Origin: Eledone cirrhosa
Lineage: Eukaryota
Direction: 5' to 3'
NCBI GenBank assembly: GCA_964016885.1
Contig: OZ024747.1
Coordinates: 91,450,001 to 91,514,000 of the forward strand
DNA: 64,000 nucleotides
Part shown: piece after piece, positions 27,759-40,646 of the stretch
Layout: each line of letters starts with the position of its first letter
Numbering within the stretch: position 1 is the stretch's first letter
Position numbers and translations under genes: made by a program
The notes under the pieces: generated by a model
The model's database searches: none
What the model saw: the letters and a program-made list of their open reading frames with translations, nothing else
Told to the model about the DNA's origin: nothing

Positions 27759-29042
27759 ATGTACTACCCATCAAATACATCGAATACAGAACAGACATAT
27801 ATCAACTGGAAAAAGAAACATCCCGAAAAAAGAGGCTATATTGACAGCAACAAACTAGCCAATATACGAAGAAATATTGTAAGAAAAAAGTTACTAACTG
27901 ATATAGAAATTGATCAGATCAAGCTATTAGCACAAAGTCAGCGAAGGGAAAATGAAACATGTGTCAGTGAAAACGAGGTAAACTGTAACACTTCGAATCC
28001 CAGGGTTGGGGCGGAATCACTGGCAACAGAAAAAATTAAAGAAAGGATCGAAAAAGTGGAGGGAGTGCATGCCCAGGATGAAACTCCAAATGAAAATAAT
28101 GAGATCGTAAATGATAAAGAAATGAATGAGAATGAACTTGCCAACTTGAAGGATGAAATTATGATCGAATGGATGAAAATGAAAGAATCTGACATGGGGC
28201 AACGAGACACCCTCCCTAAGATCCAGAACTCCAAACAGAACCAAAAGATAATACACAAGACTAACATAATTCTCAAAAACATTATCATCACAAACAAACT
28301 AAACATTACTGATTTAAATCATCTCTATTATGCATCGGCTAAAGTCACCACTCACTTATGTGGAGTGAAGATGAAAAAACAAAGGAATTCCCACAAGAAA
28401 TCTACTTGGCAAGAGAACATCAATCGCCAAATAAACCTTCTCCGATCTGACATAGAAATTTTAACAAACTATAAAGTAGGTGAACATGTTAAACAAACTA
28501 AACTTAGAAAATTGAAAAAAAAGTATAGTATAAAATCAACATGTGACATAGACATGCTGATAGAAATAATCAAGCAAAAAGTGTCGGCCAAAGCTGCTCG
28601 TATAAGGCGCTTTGAAATACGATCTAGATTCTATAAGGACAATAATATCTTCAAAAACAACCAAAGAAACTTCTACAGAAAAATTGGTAAGTCAACAATA
28701 ACTGCTAAATCAATACCACCCAAGGAGGAAGTGCAAGAATTCTGGGAAAAGATCTGGGCCGAAGAAAAAGTTCATAACATACATGCCCCATGGATAGACA
28801 GACAAATGAAAGATACAGCTCACCTTGAGGAACAAACATGGGAAAATATAACAGTTGAACAGTTGCGCTTGGCTCTAAGAAAAACCAGCAAATGGAAATC
28901 CCCAGGAAAAGACAAAATACAAAACTTTTGGATAAATGCCTTCACAGAGTCTCATGAGCTGTTAGCCCAACTTTACAATGAAATAGTTAAGGAGCCAGAA
29001 AAGATACCTTCATGGCATTACATTCCTGCTTCCGAAGAATGA
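27759..29042 (+). CDS. R4/Dong ORF N-terminal segment (frameshifted; begins ~27499)
   Basis: Parallels element 1: KLANIRRNI, IKQKVSAKAARIRRF, FWEKIW, WKSPGKDKIQNFW. Confidence 0.82.
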   Translation: MYYPSNTSNTEQTYINWKKKHPEKRGYIDSNKLANIRRNIVRKKLLTDIEIDQIKLLAQSQRRENETCVSENEVNCNTSNPRVGAESLATEKIKERIEKVEGVHAQDETPNENNEIVNDKEMNENELANLKDEIMIEWMKMKESDMGQRDTLPKIQNSKQNQKIIHKTNIILKNIIITNKLNITDLNHLYYASAKVTTHLCGVKMKKQRNSHKKSTWQENINRQINLLRSDIEILTNYKVGEHVKQTKLRKLKKKYSIKSTCDIDMLIEIIKQKVSAKAARIRRFEIRSRFYKDNNIFKNNQRNFYRKIGKSTITAKSIPPKEEVQEFWEKIWAEEKVHNIHAPWIDRQMKDTAHLEEQTWENITVEQLRLALRKTSKWKSPGKDKIQNFWINAFTESHELLAQLYNEIVKEPEKIPSWHYIPASEE

Positions 29043-29082
29043 TGAGACAAACAATCCCAAAAATTACAGACCGATAACTTGC

Positions 29083-31137
29083 TTGACCACAATGTATAAA
29101 ATTTTAACATCAGTCCTAACTGAATACACATATGACCACCTGATAACAAATGACCTATTTCCCATTGAGCAGAAAGGGTGTAAACGAGGCTCATATGGCT
29201 GTAAGGATCAGCTTCTGGTTAACAAAATGATACTGGAAGATTGTCATAATAGACACAAAAATCTATCGATTGCTTGGATAGATTATAAAAAAGCATTTGA
29301 TAGTTTGCCACACAGTTGGATTGAAAAATGTTTAGAGATTTTCAAAGTATCCCCCGTTGTCAGGAGGTTTTTGTCATTCAGTATGAAGACATGGAAAACG
29401 ACACTCCTTTTGAATAGTGAAACAAAATCACTGGAAGCTGGAGAAGTTAATATTAAGTGTGGAATTTTTCAGGGTGACTCTTTATCACCGCTTTTATTCT
29501 GCATCGCACTTATACCATTAAGTAAAATGCTCAATGAAACAAAACATGGATATAAAGTCTATGACAAAACCATTAATCACCTGTTCTACATGGATGACCT
29601 GAAACTATTTTCAAAAAATGATGAACAATTGCAAGGGCTATTATCCACTGTGAAGCAGTTCAGTGATGACATTAAAATGGAGTTTGGACTAGATAAATGC
29701 GCCAAAGCAACGTTCACCAGAGGAAAGCTGCTGAAGAGTTCAGACATTAATCTTGATCGGGGGAACGTGATAAGAGAACTTGATCAAGAAAAAACTTACA
29801 AATATCTAGGTGTTTGTGAAGGAGACGGAATCAAGCACTCGACAATGAGGGAAAGGATAAGGAAGGAATGTTACCGCAGAGTGAGAGCAATCTTAAAAAC
29901 GGAATTGAATGCAAGGAATAGGATCGATGCCATAAACACGCTTGCCATACCAGTAGTAACCTACAGTTACAATGTCATCAACTGGTCAAGCACAGAGATC
30001 CGTAGGCTCGATACAAAAATTCGAAAATTCTTAACCATGCACAGAATGCATCACCCTAAAGCAAATATAGATAGAATATATCTCCCTAGGAAAGAAGGAG
30101 GACGTGGGTTAATCCAGTTAGACATTGCGTTGAAAACTGCAACAATTGGATTATCTACATATCTAAGGGAATCACATGATTGGATGATCAAACTCGTTTT
30201 GAAACACGAAAGCATCAAAAGATCATATTCCATTACAAAAGATGCACAAAGATACAGTAATGGACTACAAATTTCAGAAGTCCCATTTACTGGTGAAATG
30301 GAAAACACAGAAAAAGCAAAGCAGGTAAAAGTAACTGCAAAGAAAGAACTGCTACAGAAACTGGCTAAGAAATGGCAAGAAAAGCCTCTGTATGGAAAAT
30401 ACCCAGAGCGAGCTAACAATCCTGATGTTGACAAAACTTTAACCCATCAGTGGTTGGCATCCTCTGGACTGAAATCGGAGACTGAAGGACTGATTATATC
30501 TGCACAAGATCAGTGTCTGCCAACAAAAAATTACCAAGCCAACATAATAAAAAATGGGTGCAGCCCATTATGCCGTGTATGCAAAAAACAACCAGAGACC
30601 ATTGACCATATAATTTCAATGTGCAGTCCTATAGCTCCAACCGAATACCTAAACAGGCATGACAGAGCTGCACAATACATACATTGGATAATGTGTAAGC
30701 ATTTTGACCTGCCCCATCAAAAGAATTGGTGGGAGCATCAACCACCTCCCATACTTGAAAAAGATCACATCTCAATCTTGTGGAACTTTAGCATCCAAAC
30801 AGACCGAAAAATAGATGCAAACAGACCTGATATAATATTGAAAGACTTTCAAAAGAGGGTTTGTCTGCTAATTGATATGTCTGTTCCAATAGACAAGAAT
30901 GTATCTATAAAAACATTTGAAAAATTGAGCAAGTATAAGGACCTGGAGATAGAAATTGGAAAAATGTGGAAATTGAGAACTAAAACAATACCAGTGGTTG
31001 TAGGCGCTCTGGGAATGATACCTAAGGGGTCTAATGATTACATATCGCAAATCCCAGGAAACCCGCGTATAGGAGAAATACAAAAGATAGTACTAATGGG
31101 AACTGCCCATATACTAAGGAAGATTCTGTCAATATAA
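29083..31137 (+). CDS. R4/Dong ORF: RT + CCHC + PD-(D/E)XK restriction-like endonuclease
   Basis: EQKGC, WIDYKKAFD, GIFQGDSLSP, FYMDDLKL, CRVCKKQPETIDHIISMC, RHD, RPDIIL..LIDMSVP..EKLSKYKDL. Confidence 0.93.
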   Translation: MTTMYKILTSVLTEYTYDHLITNDLFPIEQKGCKRGSYGCKDQLLVNKMILEDCHNRHKNLSIAWIDYKKAFDSLPHSWIEKCLEIFKVSPVVRRFLSFSMKTWKTTLLLNSETKSLEAGEVNIKCGIFQGDSLSPLLFCIALIPLSKMLNETKHGYKVYDKTINHLFYMDDLKLFSKNDEQLQGLLSTVKQFSDDIKMEFGLDKCAKATFTRGKLLKSSDINLDRGNVIRELDQEKTYKYLGVCEGDGIKHSTMRERIRKECYRRVRAILKTELNARNRIDAINTLAIPVVTYSYNVINWSSTEIRRLDTKIRKFLTMHRMHHPKANIDRIYLPRKEGGRGLIQLDIALKTATIGLSTYLRESHDWMIKLVLKHESIKRSYSITKDAQRYSNGLQISEVPFTGEMENTEKAKQVKVTAKKELLQKLAKKWQEKPLYGKYPERANNPDVDKTLTHQWLASSGLKSETEGLIISAQDQCLPTKNYQANIIKNGCSPLCRVCKKQPETIDHIISMCSPIAPTEYLNRHDRAAQYIHWIMCKHFDLPHQKNWWEHQPPPILEKDHISILWNFSIQTDRKIDANRPDIILKDFQKRVCLLIDMSVPIDKNVSIKTFEKLSKYKDLEIEIGKMWKLRTKTIPVVVGALGMIPKGSNDYISQIPGNPRIGEIQKIVLMGTAHILRKILSI

Positions 31138-32416
31138 GTACATCACAAGTCTAAACACTAAAGATGCATGTGTGAATATGTATGTTCTTTCTTGAACATG
31201 GCGGACCTTGTTGTCTCTTGAGGTCACTGGTTGTGACTTGGTGATAACTCGTATGAACATAAAGCAAGATAAATGCAACTATAATAATAATAATAATAAT
31301 AATATAAAAAAAACTACACAACTCTTCAAAGGATAGTCATGCTTCAATATTGTAACTACTGACATTGGTTGATATAGGGATAGTTCTTGCTTGCGAAGAG
31401 CATATGTCTAGATGATTAAACAGGTTTATAAGAAATAATGTATTAACTATAACGATATCATTTTTTAAGGATAGACTATGTTGTGTGTATGTGTGTGTAT
31501 ATTTTGAATACATGATGATGTCACCGGATTCATACTGAACCCGGTCATTGAAATGATCATAGTATAATAAACCTTTCAAGGATTTACATATGTCCATCCT
31601 CCTGTTATTTTATAATATATATATATATTTATTGACAGGTTTATTGCATAAGTTTATTTTAAAAACTGCTCGGTTGAGACCTTATTCGATTTGTGCTATT
31701 TATGCAATTTTTTGCATGGTATACACACACTGAATTCATTTGCCAAAATCTGGGGGTTTTCCCCTTGTGAATTCCACATGTGCTTTTTACGCGAATCTGT
31801 GTCATTCACAAATTTGGTACAGAGCAAAATACCTGTTGATAACGTGATATTCTTTGTTCGATCATTATACCTAAAGCTTATAATTTTAAGCAGACAGTAT
31901 TTTGATTTAGGTGTCATAGAAACCCTGCATTTGGATTTTAACATCAATTCCAATGGGTCCAGGTCTGTGTTTTTTATCTTTTATTTTGTTTTGAGCTGTT
32001 TAGCTTGATTTGCTTTTTGGCTTAGGTGGTTGATGCTTTCTTGACCACTATTTCAGTTTTGTATGGCGTCTTAACATATTGTTTAGCTCTGCTTTTTTAA
32101 CTATGGAGCGCTTGCCAGCATCATTTCTGATTTTTGCGTTTCGTTTCGTTTTTTCTACCCGCCGAAATGCGATTCTTGCTAAATCTATATTTATATATAT
32201 ATATAGATAGGTAAATATACACGGGTGTGTATGATTGTGTATAGAAGATTATATTAATAAGAGGAATTCCAACTTTGTCTGATTTACTCGTTTTATTTAC
32301 AATCCTTTAAAATATATATAATGGTATTATAATGAAATAGTATGATAGAATATTAAATTCTCAGTGTTAATTGAACAAGTACTTTCATGCTTTCGCAATC
32401 TTCAGGTTCATGATAT

Positions 32417-32845
32417 GTGGTGACAATCGAGTTTGCAATTTTCAACTGTAATGAGATGGGTAAATGTCAATCCATACACGCCGGCACATGTCAATCCATA
32501 CACGCCGGTCAATATATGAAAACAAAAACTGGAAAAATATTCCCAAATGCAAATATGAACTGCAAAAGCAGAAATCTAATTTACTGCATTAAATGCCCGA
32601 ATTGTGAAGAACTATATGTCGGTCAAACTGGAAATGCACTATCGGAACGTGCACGGGTACACCGTCAACAAATCAGAGACCCAAATGTCCGTCAGATACC
32701 CCTAAGCGGCCACCTGGCAACATGTGGTCAGGGAATATTTATAATATTCCCATTCTACAAATTACACAGCCCAAGTGAAATCAAGAGAAAAATCAAAGAA
32801 AAGAATTTTATTGATAAATTCAAACCCAAGCTAAATGAACAATAA
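32417..32845 (+). CDS. GIY-YIG endonuclease domain of a Penelope-like element (5' truncated)
   Basis: MNCKSRNLIYCIKCPNCEELYVGQTGNALSERARVH...RKIKEKNFIDKFKPKLN. Confidence 0.88.
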   Translation: MVTIEFAIFNCNEMGKCQSIHAGTCQSIHAGQYMKTKTGKIFPNANMNCKSRNLIYCIKCPNCEELYVGQTGNALSERARVHRQQIRDPNVRQIPLSGHLATCGQGIFIIFPFYKLHSPSEIKRKIKEKNFIDKFKPKLNEQ

Positions 32846-33219
32846 TAACGCCTAGGGGTATTACTTCTACTACCACTATGACCACGACCACTAACAACAA
32901 CAACAACAACAATAATAATAATAATAAAAGTGATGTTGATGGTGATGATTAATAGAAAATGCTATTTTCATCATTTCAAAAAGCAAAACAATTGATACGT
33001 TGGATATGACTATTGGTCGTTAGCATGCTCAACCAGCCGTGACGCTTAAACCAATCAGCTGTAGTAATTCAGTGAAACTACACACTGATTGGTCGAAATA
33101 CAGTTTACAGGGCTTTGCATTCTGGAGCCACTTTTCTCTGTATAAAATGTATAAAAGGTAGGAAATTTACCCATCTCATTACAGTTGAAAATTGCAAACT
33201 CGACTGTCACCACATATCA

Positions 33220-33258
33220 TGAACCTGAAGATTGCGAAAGCATGAAAGTACTTGTTCA
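33220..33258 (+). ncRNA. Minimal hammerhead ribozyme (antisense copy at 32372-32410)
   Basis: TGAAC-CTGAAGA-T.TGC(gaaa)GCA.T-GAAA-GTAC-TT-GTTCA; palindromic AGTACT stem III. Confidence 0.85.
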
Positions 33259-33375
33259 ATTAACACTGAGAATTTAATATTCTATCATACTATTTCATTA
33301 TAATACCATTATATATATTTTAAAGGATTGTAAATAAAACGAGTAAATCAGACAAAGTTGGAATTCCTCTTATTA

Positions 33376-33406
<31 letters not shown>

Positions 33407-33420
33407 AAGTATTAGTTCCT

Positions 33421-33541
33421 CAACAGTTAGTTCACCATTACTGAGAACAATTGTTCACCCTATTCGGTTAAACCGGATCATCAGCCCAGTTTAACCGAAT
33501 AAGGTGAACAATTGTTCTCGGTAATGGTGAACTAACTGTTG
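33421..33541. repeat. 53-bp-arm hairpin cassette after (TA)n with HHR-like core on minus strand
   Basis: Arms 33421-33473 / 33489-33541; minus strand ACTGGG-CTGATGA-TCC..GGT-GAACAATTGTT-CTCAGT. Confidence 0.65.
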
Positions 33542-33654
33542 TGAAACTACTTCTACCAAACTCGTCACATGGACTGAGTGCTCTACTACTACGGTTATAA
33601 CCCACCAGTCTTCTACTTATATATATATATACTTATATATGTATGTTTGTTTGT

Positions 33655-33860
33655 TTGTGTGGCCTCCGTAATTTGTCTGAGTGTTGTATGTGTGGATAAC
33701 ACTGAGGTGCTTTTCTTCTCCCCAAGTTATCGCCAGTGTTGCTTTAATGTCTCTCCTATACTACCGGCTGTCTCTTCTATGTATGTCGTTGACTTGTTTC
33801 TATGTCGTCTCTCTCTACATCTTATCCTATAGACTACATTTCTAGTTTTACAATTTATCC
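33655..33860 (-). pseudogene. GIY-YIG fragment of a PLE related to 17216-18463
   Basis: [14 protein letters not shown]...TTYIEETAGSIGETLKQHW. Confidence 0.75.
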
Positions 33861-33918
33861 ATTCCCAGATATAACAATATCGGTTTCAACATAGAATTTC
33901 ATGCCAAGAATCTTGCAG

Positions 33919-33988
<70 letters not shown>

Positions 33989-33991
33989 GCA

Positions 33992-34095
<104 letters not shown>

Positions 34096-34641
34096 TAGAC
34101 TTGGTCTTGAAACATTCACGGAAGAACATTGTAAATATATTGAATTATATCTCAGTAACTTGCTGATTCTACTAGTATTCCTTGAGTAAACAAAAATAAA
34201 TAACAAAAGAAAGCATTTTTATTCTTTATGTCACAAATTCACTGATGAATTAATGCATTGGCCGTGTGAATATGTGTATAGCTAAGGAGGACTGAAGAAA
34301 AAATAATAAAAAGCTCTTAAAATTATTAATATGACTGTTTGAGAAACTACCCAAATATATATGTGCAATATGACAATACGAAAATAAGTGTTCTGTTTTC
34401 AAAACGAATATGTATAAACAAACATACATACAAATAAATGTATGTGTATGAATGTTGGCATGATGTATGCCTGTATATATATACATGTATTATTCATATA
34501 TATATATATGAAATATTGAATATCAACAGCTCTGTCACTATGATGTTTCCAAACATCTGATAAATCTCTCTCTCTCTGTCTTTATATATATATATATATA
34601 TATATTAAAATAACAGATTAAAGTTTAAGCAAAGAATCGCT

Positions 34642-34674
<33 letters not shown>

Positions 34675-34676
<2 letters not shown>

Positions 34677-34838
34677 TTGTTTCTACTTTAGGCACAAGGC
34701 CAGCAATTACGCAGTACATTACTGGTACTTTATTTTATCGACCCCGTAAGGATGAAAGGCAAAGTCAACCTCGGCGGGATTTGAACTCAGATCGTAAAGG
34801 GACGTAACTATGCTGGAAAGCATGGCGTCCGACCCCCT
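34675..34838 (-). mobile_element. SINE family A copy (5' truncated)
   Basis: Near-identical to the 22076 copy. Confidence 0.85.
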
Positions 34839-35245
34839 ATAATGATAAGTAGTCATGGTGGTGAGCATAATGGTACTTTTGCTCTTTCTATGCCACGTGT
34901 CGGCAGTATGTTTAACCAGTTTTCAATTTGAAATACATTGACTGCAGGAATATATTTGAAATCATGAAGTTTATATTTATTTGCATGGGTGCACAACGAA
35001 GATTTTTTTTTTCTCTTCTGAGGTTTAGAATCTTTATAAATCCTGCCTTATTTAGGTAAAACATTAATCCGTACACCCGAATCAACACACATACGCACAT
35101 ATATATACATTATACACACACACAGACACACACACACACACCACACCACACACACATATACACACATATATACACTCGCATACAAATATACACACACATA
35201 CACACAAATATACACACACATACACACACACACACACACATACAA

Positions 35246-35276
<31 letters not shown>

Positions 35277-36237
35277 CGCAAATGGTAAATGGATACAACA
35301 AAGCAAACAACACAGTAGAATGAAGAAATATATTAGTTTAACGCTTGATATAGTAGGATAAGGTTACGTACGTTTCGGATAATAGTCATTCATAAAAAGA
35401 AAGAATGAAAGATGAAGTAGATAGAAAAGAAGGAACGGGAATGAAATTGAAAAGAAATTACGTGTGTATTCAGTCAACGCTATTTCAGAGCTCTCTCTCT
35501 TTCTCCTACTCTTTCTTTCTCTCTCTCTCTCGCTTTCTCCTTCTCTCTCTCGCTCTTCCTCTTTCGCTCTCTCTCTCGGGGTTAACCACAGTAAGTAAGG
35601 TACTCAATACATAGCAGAGAATATACATTTTTAATATAGATATGGTTTCCTAGAATGAAACAGTTCTAGTCCTGTAGAAGCACTATATATATATATATAT
35701 AATATATATAAAGATAACCAAGGACGTGGGGTAAGGAATCAGATGGACTATAACGCACCAGAGTACTCAATACTTAGGGTATTAGAGTGGGTAATAGGTA
35801 AATGTTTAACCCGAACTCTGCCGTCGGGGTTAAACATTTACCTATATATATATATATATACATACACACAAACATATATATAGAAAGAGAGTGTGTTTGT
35901 ATAAACGTGTGTGCGCCTAACTTATGTTGCATTTCATATTGCCCTTGCAATTTGTAAGCTGTGAGATGTTTTTTCCACTTTAGTGTAATTATTACTTTTA
36001 TTTTAGCGCTGCAGTTACGTGAAATAATCTAATGATTTATGTAATAAACTATTGTAAATTCACTTAATGAGAATTTACTTTACTGAAAAAATTAATGTCT
36101 ATAAGAGTCTGTACTTGAATAATTCAAAATTAAAGAAAAACGAAAATGTGTATGTGTATTATATAAGAGTAACACAACTGGCCAAGTCAATTTGCACAAA
36201 TAGAGATATCTGGGTGATTACAAATACATATTACGAT

Positions 36238-36285
<48 letters not shown>

Positions 36286-36659
36286 AGAGAAACTACTATA
36301 TAAAGTTATATGCTGAAACAAATAGTGAAGACAACGATATATAATGTTCCTATAATCACTAGTATATATCATCGTTAGCTGAAAGGCTGACACATTATAT
36401 GTGTGTCAATTACGGAGGCAATTCGGAAGGAAATGGATTATTTGGAAATATTAGTGAACTGGCATTAAGTTCAGAAAATAGGATCTCTGTTAACTATAAG
36501 AAATTACTTTCATTCTGAAGTCACTCTTTTAGGGAAGTGCTCTTTAAGTGTACGTGTTTGTAAACCAAATATAATAGCACTAAAAGTACCCAGTTACTTG
36601 TATTTAAAGGTCTTTCAAAATGAGATATTATACATTATTACACAATATTATTACAGATA

Positions 36660-36772
36660 GGGCGGTGGATTGGCAGTATCGGTAGAGGGTCGATCCTTAC
36701 GGGGTCAATAAAATAAAGTACGAGTAATGCACTGGGGTAATTGCTGGCCTTGTGCCAAAAGTAGAAACAATT
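36660..36772 (+). mobile_element. SINE family A copy, internally deleted
   Basis: Head GGCGGTGGATTGGCAGTATCGGTAGAG joined directly to ATCCTTACGGGGTC tail. Confidence 0.75.
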
Positions 36773-37323
36773 ATTACAGATAAATTACTATAATTTCACT
36801 GGAAATAATACTGACCAATGCTTTTATTACGCTCTCCATGTGAAAATATACTAGTCCTAATATAAGACAATTTCTTGACCGGCATTCTCAATTTTTGTCA
36901 ACATCCTGACAAACCAATGCATTTACTTTACTTTAAAATGTGTTTTGAAACTATCTCCTATATAATTAATGGTTAAGGATAGAATGAATATCTAATCACA
37001 TAGATCCTTCTCCCCCATTCAAAGCTTTCAATATCTCAGGAAACAGGAACCTTCCTGAAAACTATCAAACAATACAAATAATTTTATATAAATAACTTTA
37101 CTCGTTGGTTAGCAATGGTATAGTCTATAGAAGGTTGTTTTCTCTATGCGGTCATTTGATTCGCAATAAATAGCAGCCAAATCTCTTTGAAATTAATTTC
37201 TATTGGTTTTAAAAAGTAATGAAACATTTGATAATGAAGTATTTAAACTATTCCAGAAACGAAGAAACGAGATAGCAATGACTGAAATACCTGGCTGCTC
37301 TGGAACTAAACAACAAGAATATG

Positions 37324-37401
37324 CCAGGTGTCCCCAAAACATGTATACACACTTCAACAGCATTCTAATAACTGTGTATATATTTTTTGGGACATCCTGT
37401 A
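37324..37401. mobile_element. Small MITE-like element (Tc1/mariner-type ends); second copy at ~47030-47123
   Basis: CAGGTGTCCC...GGGACATCCTGTA ends; shared internal CACTTCAACAGCATTCTAATAA. Confidence 0.5.
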
Positions 37402-37879
37402 TTATTTTCTACGATAAAAGAATGGTAGCTGTATATGAGAAAAGAAGGTTACATTAGAGAAGAGGTGTATAATCATTTTATCTAATTCCAATTAATTTAA
37501 CGTAGATTATTACCACATTGTTATCACATCATTGTGAAGAAATAGACAGAATCTTCTTCAAGAAGTCTCTCAAGTATTATATCTCAGATGATATAAATTT
37601 CTTTTATAACCAGATATTACAAGTGTGCCAACGCGAGAGATACTACAGTCAATTTAGGTGCTAGAAATAATAGCCTTTTATCCCTAAAATAACACTCTGA
37701 TACCTTAAAAAGATATACTATATCTAATTTAAAATGACATGGTCCCAACTGAGGATAGACATGAGGCTAAACCTCATTAAATGTCTCAGCAAAGATCCAG
37801 TTTATGAAATCGCAGGCAACTAATGAAAATGTATTACCTCCCATTATACAAAAACTATGTTTTATTATCGATGGATTTA

Positions 37880-38037
37880 GGGCGGTGGATTGACATTCGT
37901 TAGAGCGTCAGACAAAATGTTTAACAGTCCTTTATTATCTGAATTCAAATCCCAGCGACGTCAACTTTGCTTTTCATTCTTCCATAGTCAATAAAATAAA
38001 GTATATTGCTGGCCTTGTGCCTAAACTAGGAACAATT
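37880..38037 (+). mobile_element. SINE family A copy, diverged
   Basis: GGCGGTGGATTG head, GAATTCAAATCCC, TTGCTGGCCTTGTGCC tail. Confidence 0.7.
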
Positions 38038-38953
38038 ATTGATAAATTGTTTTCTATGTTCTGTTGAAAAAACAGGAAACAAATATTTAGTAAGTCAGCC
38101 TTTATTAGCTCATAAAATACAATATATCATTAAACATTTGTCTCGTGTATTTCTCGTGTTACATTTAAATGTTCATGTACCTCTCTATGTTTACGTTATT
38201 TTATTTATTTTAGTAATTTATTTTGGTAAAACCTTTAAATGTCTTCATCGAAAGAAAATATTTACAAAACTTTCCGCTATCTCAAATTGTAGCCTGAATA
38301 GGAGAGAAATACTAATAAGCTTTATGAATAGCAGATTTACATAAATAAAGGGTAGCTTTTATATCTGAGATTTTCCAACGAAAATATATTGAACACCAAA
38401 CAAAAAATCTCATTTAACATTTCTTCAGGTTGACATCAATAATCATGTGTGAGAACACCATGTTAGTTTTTAGTCGGATAACATTTCATGCTTTTCATTT
38501 AGTATATAGATTAAAGATAATGTATCAATAGTATCGATTCAATCGAATAAAGAGGGACAATCTCTTGTTCTTTTCATGTTAGAGCTATTCGAAAAGAGTC
38601 CATCAGCGAGATTACAAAAAATCAATTGTTAATTATACACCCATAAAACAATAAGATTATTATTTTATAAACAGTTTTTAACATTTGATAATATCTAGCA
38701 AGTAGTCCAGATAAATCACAATAGATTTCTTGGTTTATTTTCCGTTTATTGTATAGAAATCTATATTAGATGAAAGTATTGGATTGTAAATCTATTGAAA
38801 TTGCATTTGTAATAGTAATGAGTGGGTGAAAATGATCGTAAAGAGTTGATAACCAAAATATTTAGTTACACTTCTCTAAATCCAAATATGTGTATAGTTG
38901 TCATAAACTTTGTGACTTCACCATGTCGTTACATTTCTCATTATAGCCTGCCG

Positions 38954-39264
38954 CAGGGCCGGATTTAACGGGGGAATGGGAAGGAAGCAATTGCTCCGGA
39001 TCCCCTGAAGTGGGGGTCCCCACCAGCGACCGCCGTAGCAATATATTTGTGCCATCAGCTGAGCTTTTTAGTTTTAGGATGGTTAAAACTTTTGAATGTA
39101 ATACCTGCAAGCATAACATTTCAGTTCCAATTATTTGCGCCAAGCTAACTTTGATATGTAAAATGTGTGAAAGTGAGGTTGCTATGTATTCTAATTTTTT
39201 GTATAGGAAGACCCTCTCCAAACATGAAGTACTCCGGGCTCTCCAAGGTCTAAATCCAATACTG
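38954..39264. mobile_element. Possible hAT-type MITE
   Basis: CAGGGCCGGATTTA ... TAAATCCAATACTG imperfect terminal inverted repeats. Confidence 0.4.
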
Positions 39265-40609
39265 ACCAGTCGACACTTTTGTTGGCATCTTTAAACTTCG
39301 AAGTCACTTCAGGCTAGCTGTCACTGTTGAACTATGCTGGTTGTAGGGATACTCAGTAGGTCCTAATATCATCAGCCCCGCTATCATTATAATCACTCAC
39401 ATCAAGGCTTTTGCTTCAATATATATATTTTGCTTTTTCATGTTCATATATTTAATTGTATAGTTCAAAGAATGATTATCATAAATATTTGTAAATATTG
39501 GTCTTCCTATTCTGTAAATAGTTGATTTCATAAATAAATAATGTGGGTCTATAAATACAACAATATTTCTTATTCATTGTAATCTCGTTCATCAAATCAC
39601 TTTTTATCAGTGTAATTTACATGATATCAATCTGTTTCTCACAGTTTATGGGTCACAAACCAACATTAGACATTTGTAGTTACTAGAATCTTACAAAGAA
39701 ACATGGTTATTCTACATAAAATTCGCAAGCTACGAAGCAGATATTTGAGACTATAAATGCTAAATTATTCAATTCGATGACTAATTCGTGTGTTCTAGCT
39801 AAATGCTATGTCTAATAATGTTACACCAATATTTTTACCGGGACGAATATTTAGAATAATAAGCTCTAAAATTTACCGTATTTTTCGTTAACACATTTAA
39901 AATAATGTCCAATGATCTTTTACTTTTTTTTTTTTTATTATAAATTCTAGGTTCTAGATTCTGCAAGTCAATTATTTATCACCAACAATAATAATGTAAC
40001 TTCGCTTCTAGTTGGTTATTTAAAAATTGACTTGTTATGTTATGTCGTATCATAATAACAGTAATTCAGCAAGAAAATGGTAAATGAATACGACATAAGA
40101 CACCACAATCAATAGTCTATCGACATAAACAAAGAGCAACAGTTAAATTTTCAACTTAAAAAAAAAAAAAAAATCATGTCCACAGAACTCAGTTATAATG
40201 CAAACGCAATCATCTTTTCTGTCAAGCAGCTGTCTAGTAAGATATGAACATTCCTTCGACCATATGCATATGAAATTAGAATCAATTCTTAGAACCTCTA
40301 GTTGTGTTGAGGCACATATTTCACTTAAGATTTGGAAGGAATAAAAATAAGTGTGGCTTAGATGACATTTCTCAAAGGTTAATGATATTTAAGGGGAAAA
40401 CAAAACGGACATTGATGACTGTAGCCAAACTAGAACTAGAACAATTGTGAGATTCTGCGAGCAAAGATATGGGAGTGTTTTTAGATATACATATTTAACT
40501 TGATTAATAGAAACATATACAACAGGAAGAACAGGTGAGTATACTTGCAATTTCATATACGCTCACAAATATAGACATGTGTGTATGTATGTATGTTTGT
40601 ATGTGCGCA

Positions 40610-40640
<31 letters not shown>

Positions 40641-40646
<6 letters not shown>

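Larger units (their letters stand above)
27330..31303 (+). mobile_element. R4/Dong-clade non-LTR retrotransposon 2, apparently full length, with (TAA)n tail
   Basis: Structured 5' UTR, ORF split by two frameshifts (~27745, ~29010), intact REL C-terminus, 3' UTR ending in TATAATAATAA... at 31280-31303. Confidence 0.9.
32250..33380 (+). mobile_element. Penelope-like 3' fragment (GIY-YIG + 3' UTR + HHR) framed by 216-bp inverted repeats, ending in (TA)n
   Basis: 32250-32465 is the near-perfect reverse complement of 33165-33380; GIY-YIG ORF lies between. Confidence 0.9.

Noticed and set aside
31696-31953. Short ORFs on both strands after the R4 element
   Set aside because: No recognisable motifs; cannot be supported without a search
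32250-33380. Inverted repeats as DNA-transposon TIRs
   Set aside because: Enclosed ORF is GIY-YIG rather than a transposase, the arms contain an HHR, and arm lengths differ between inserts; PLE inversion fits better
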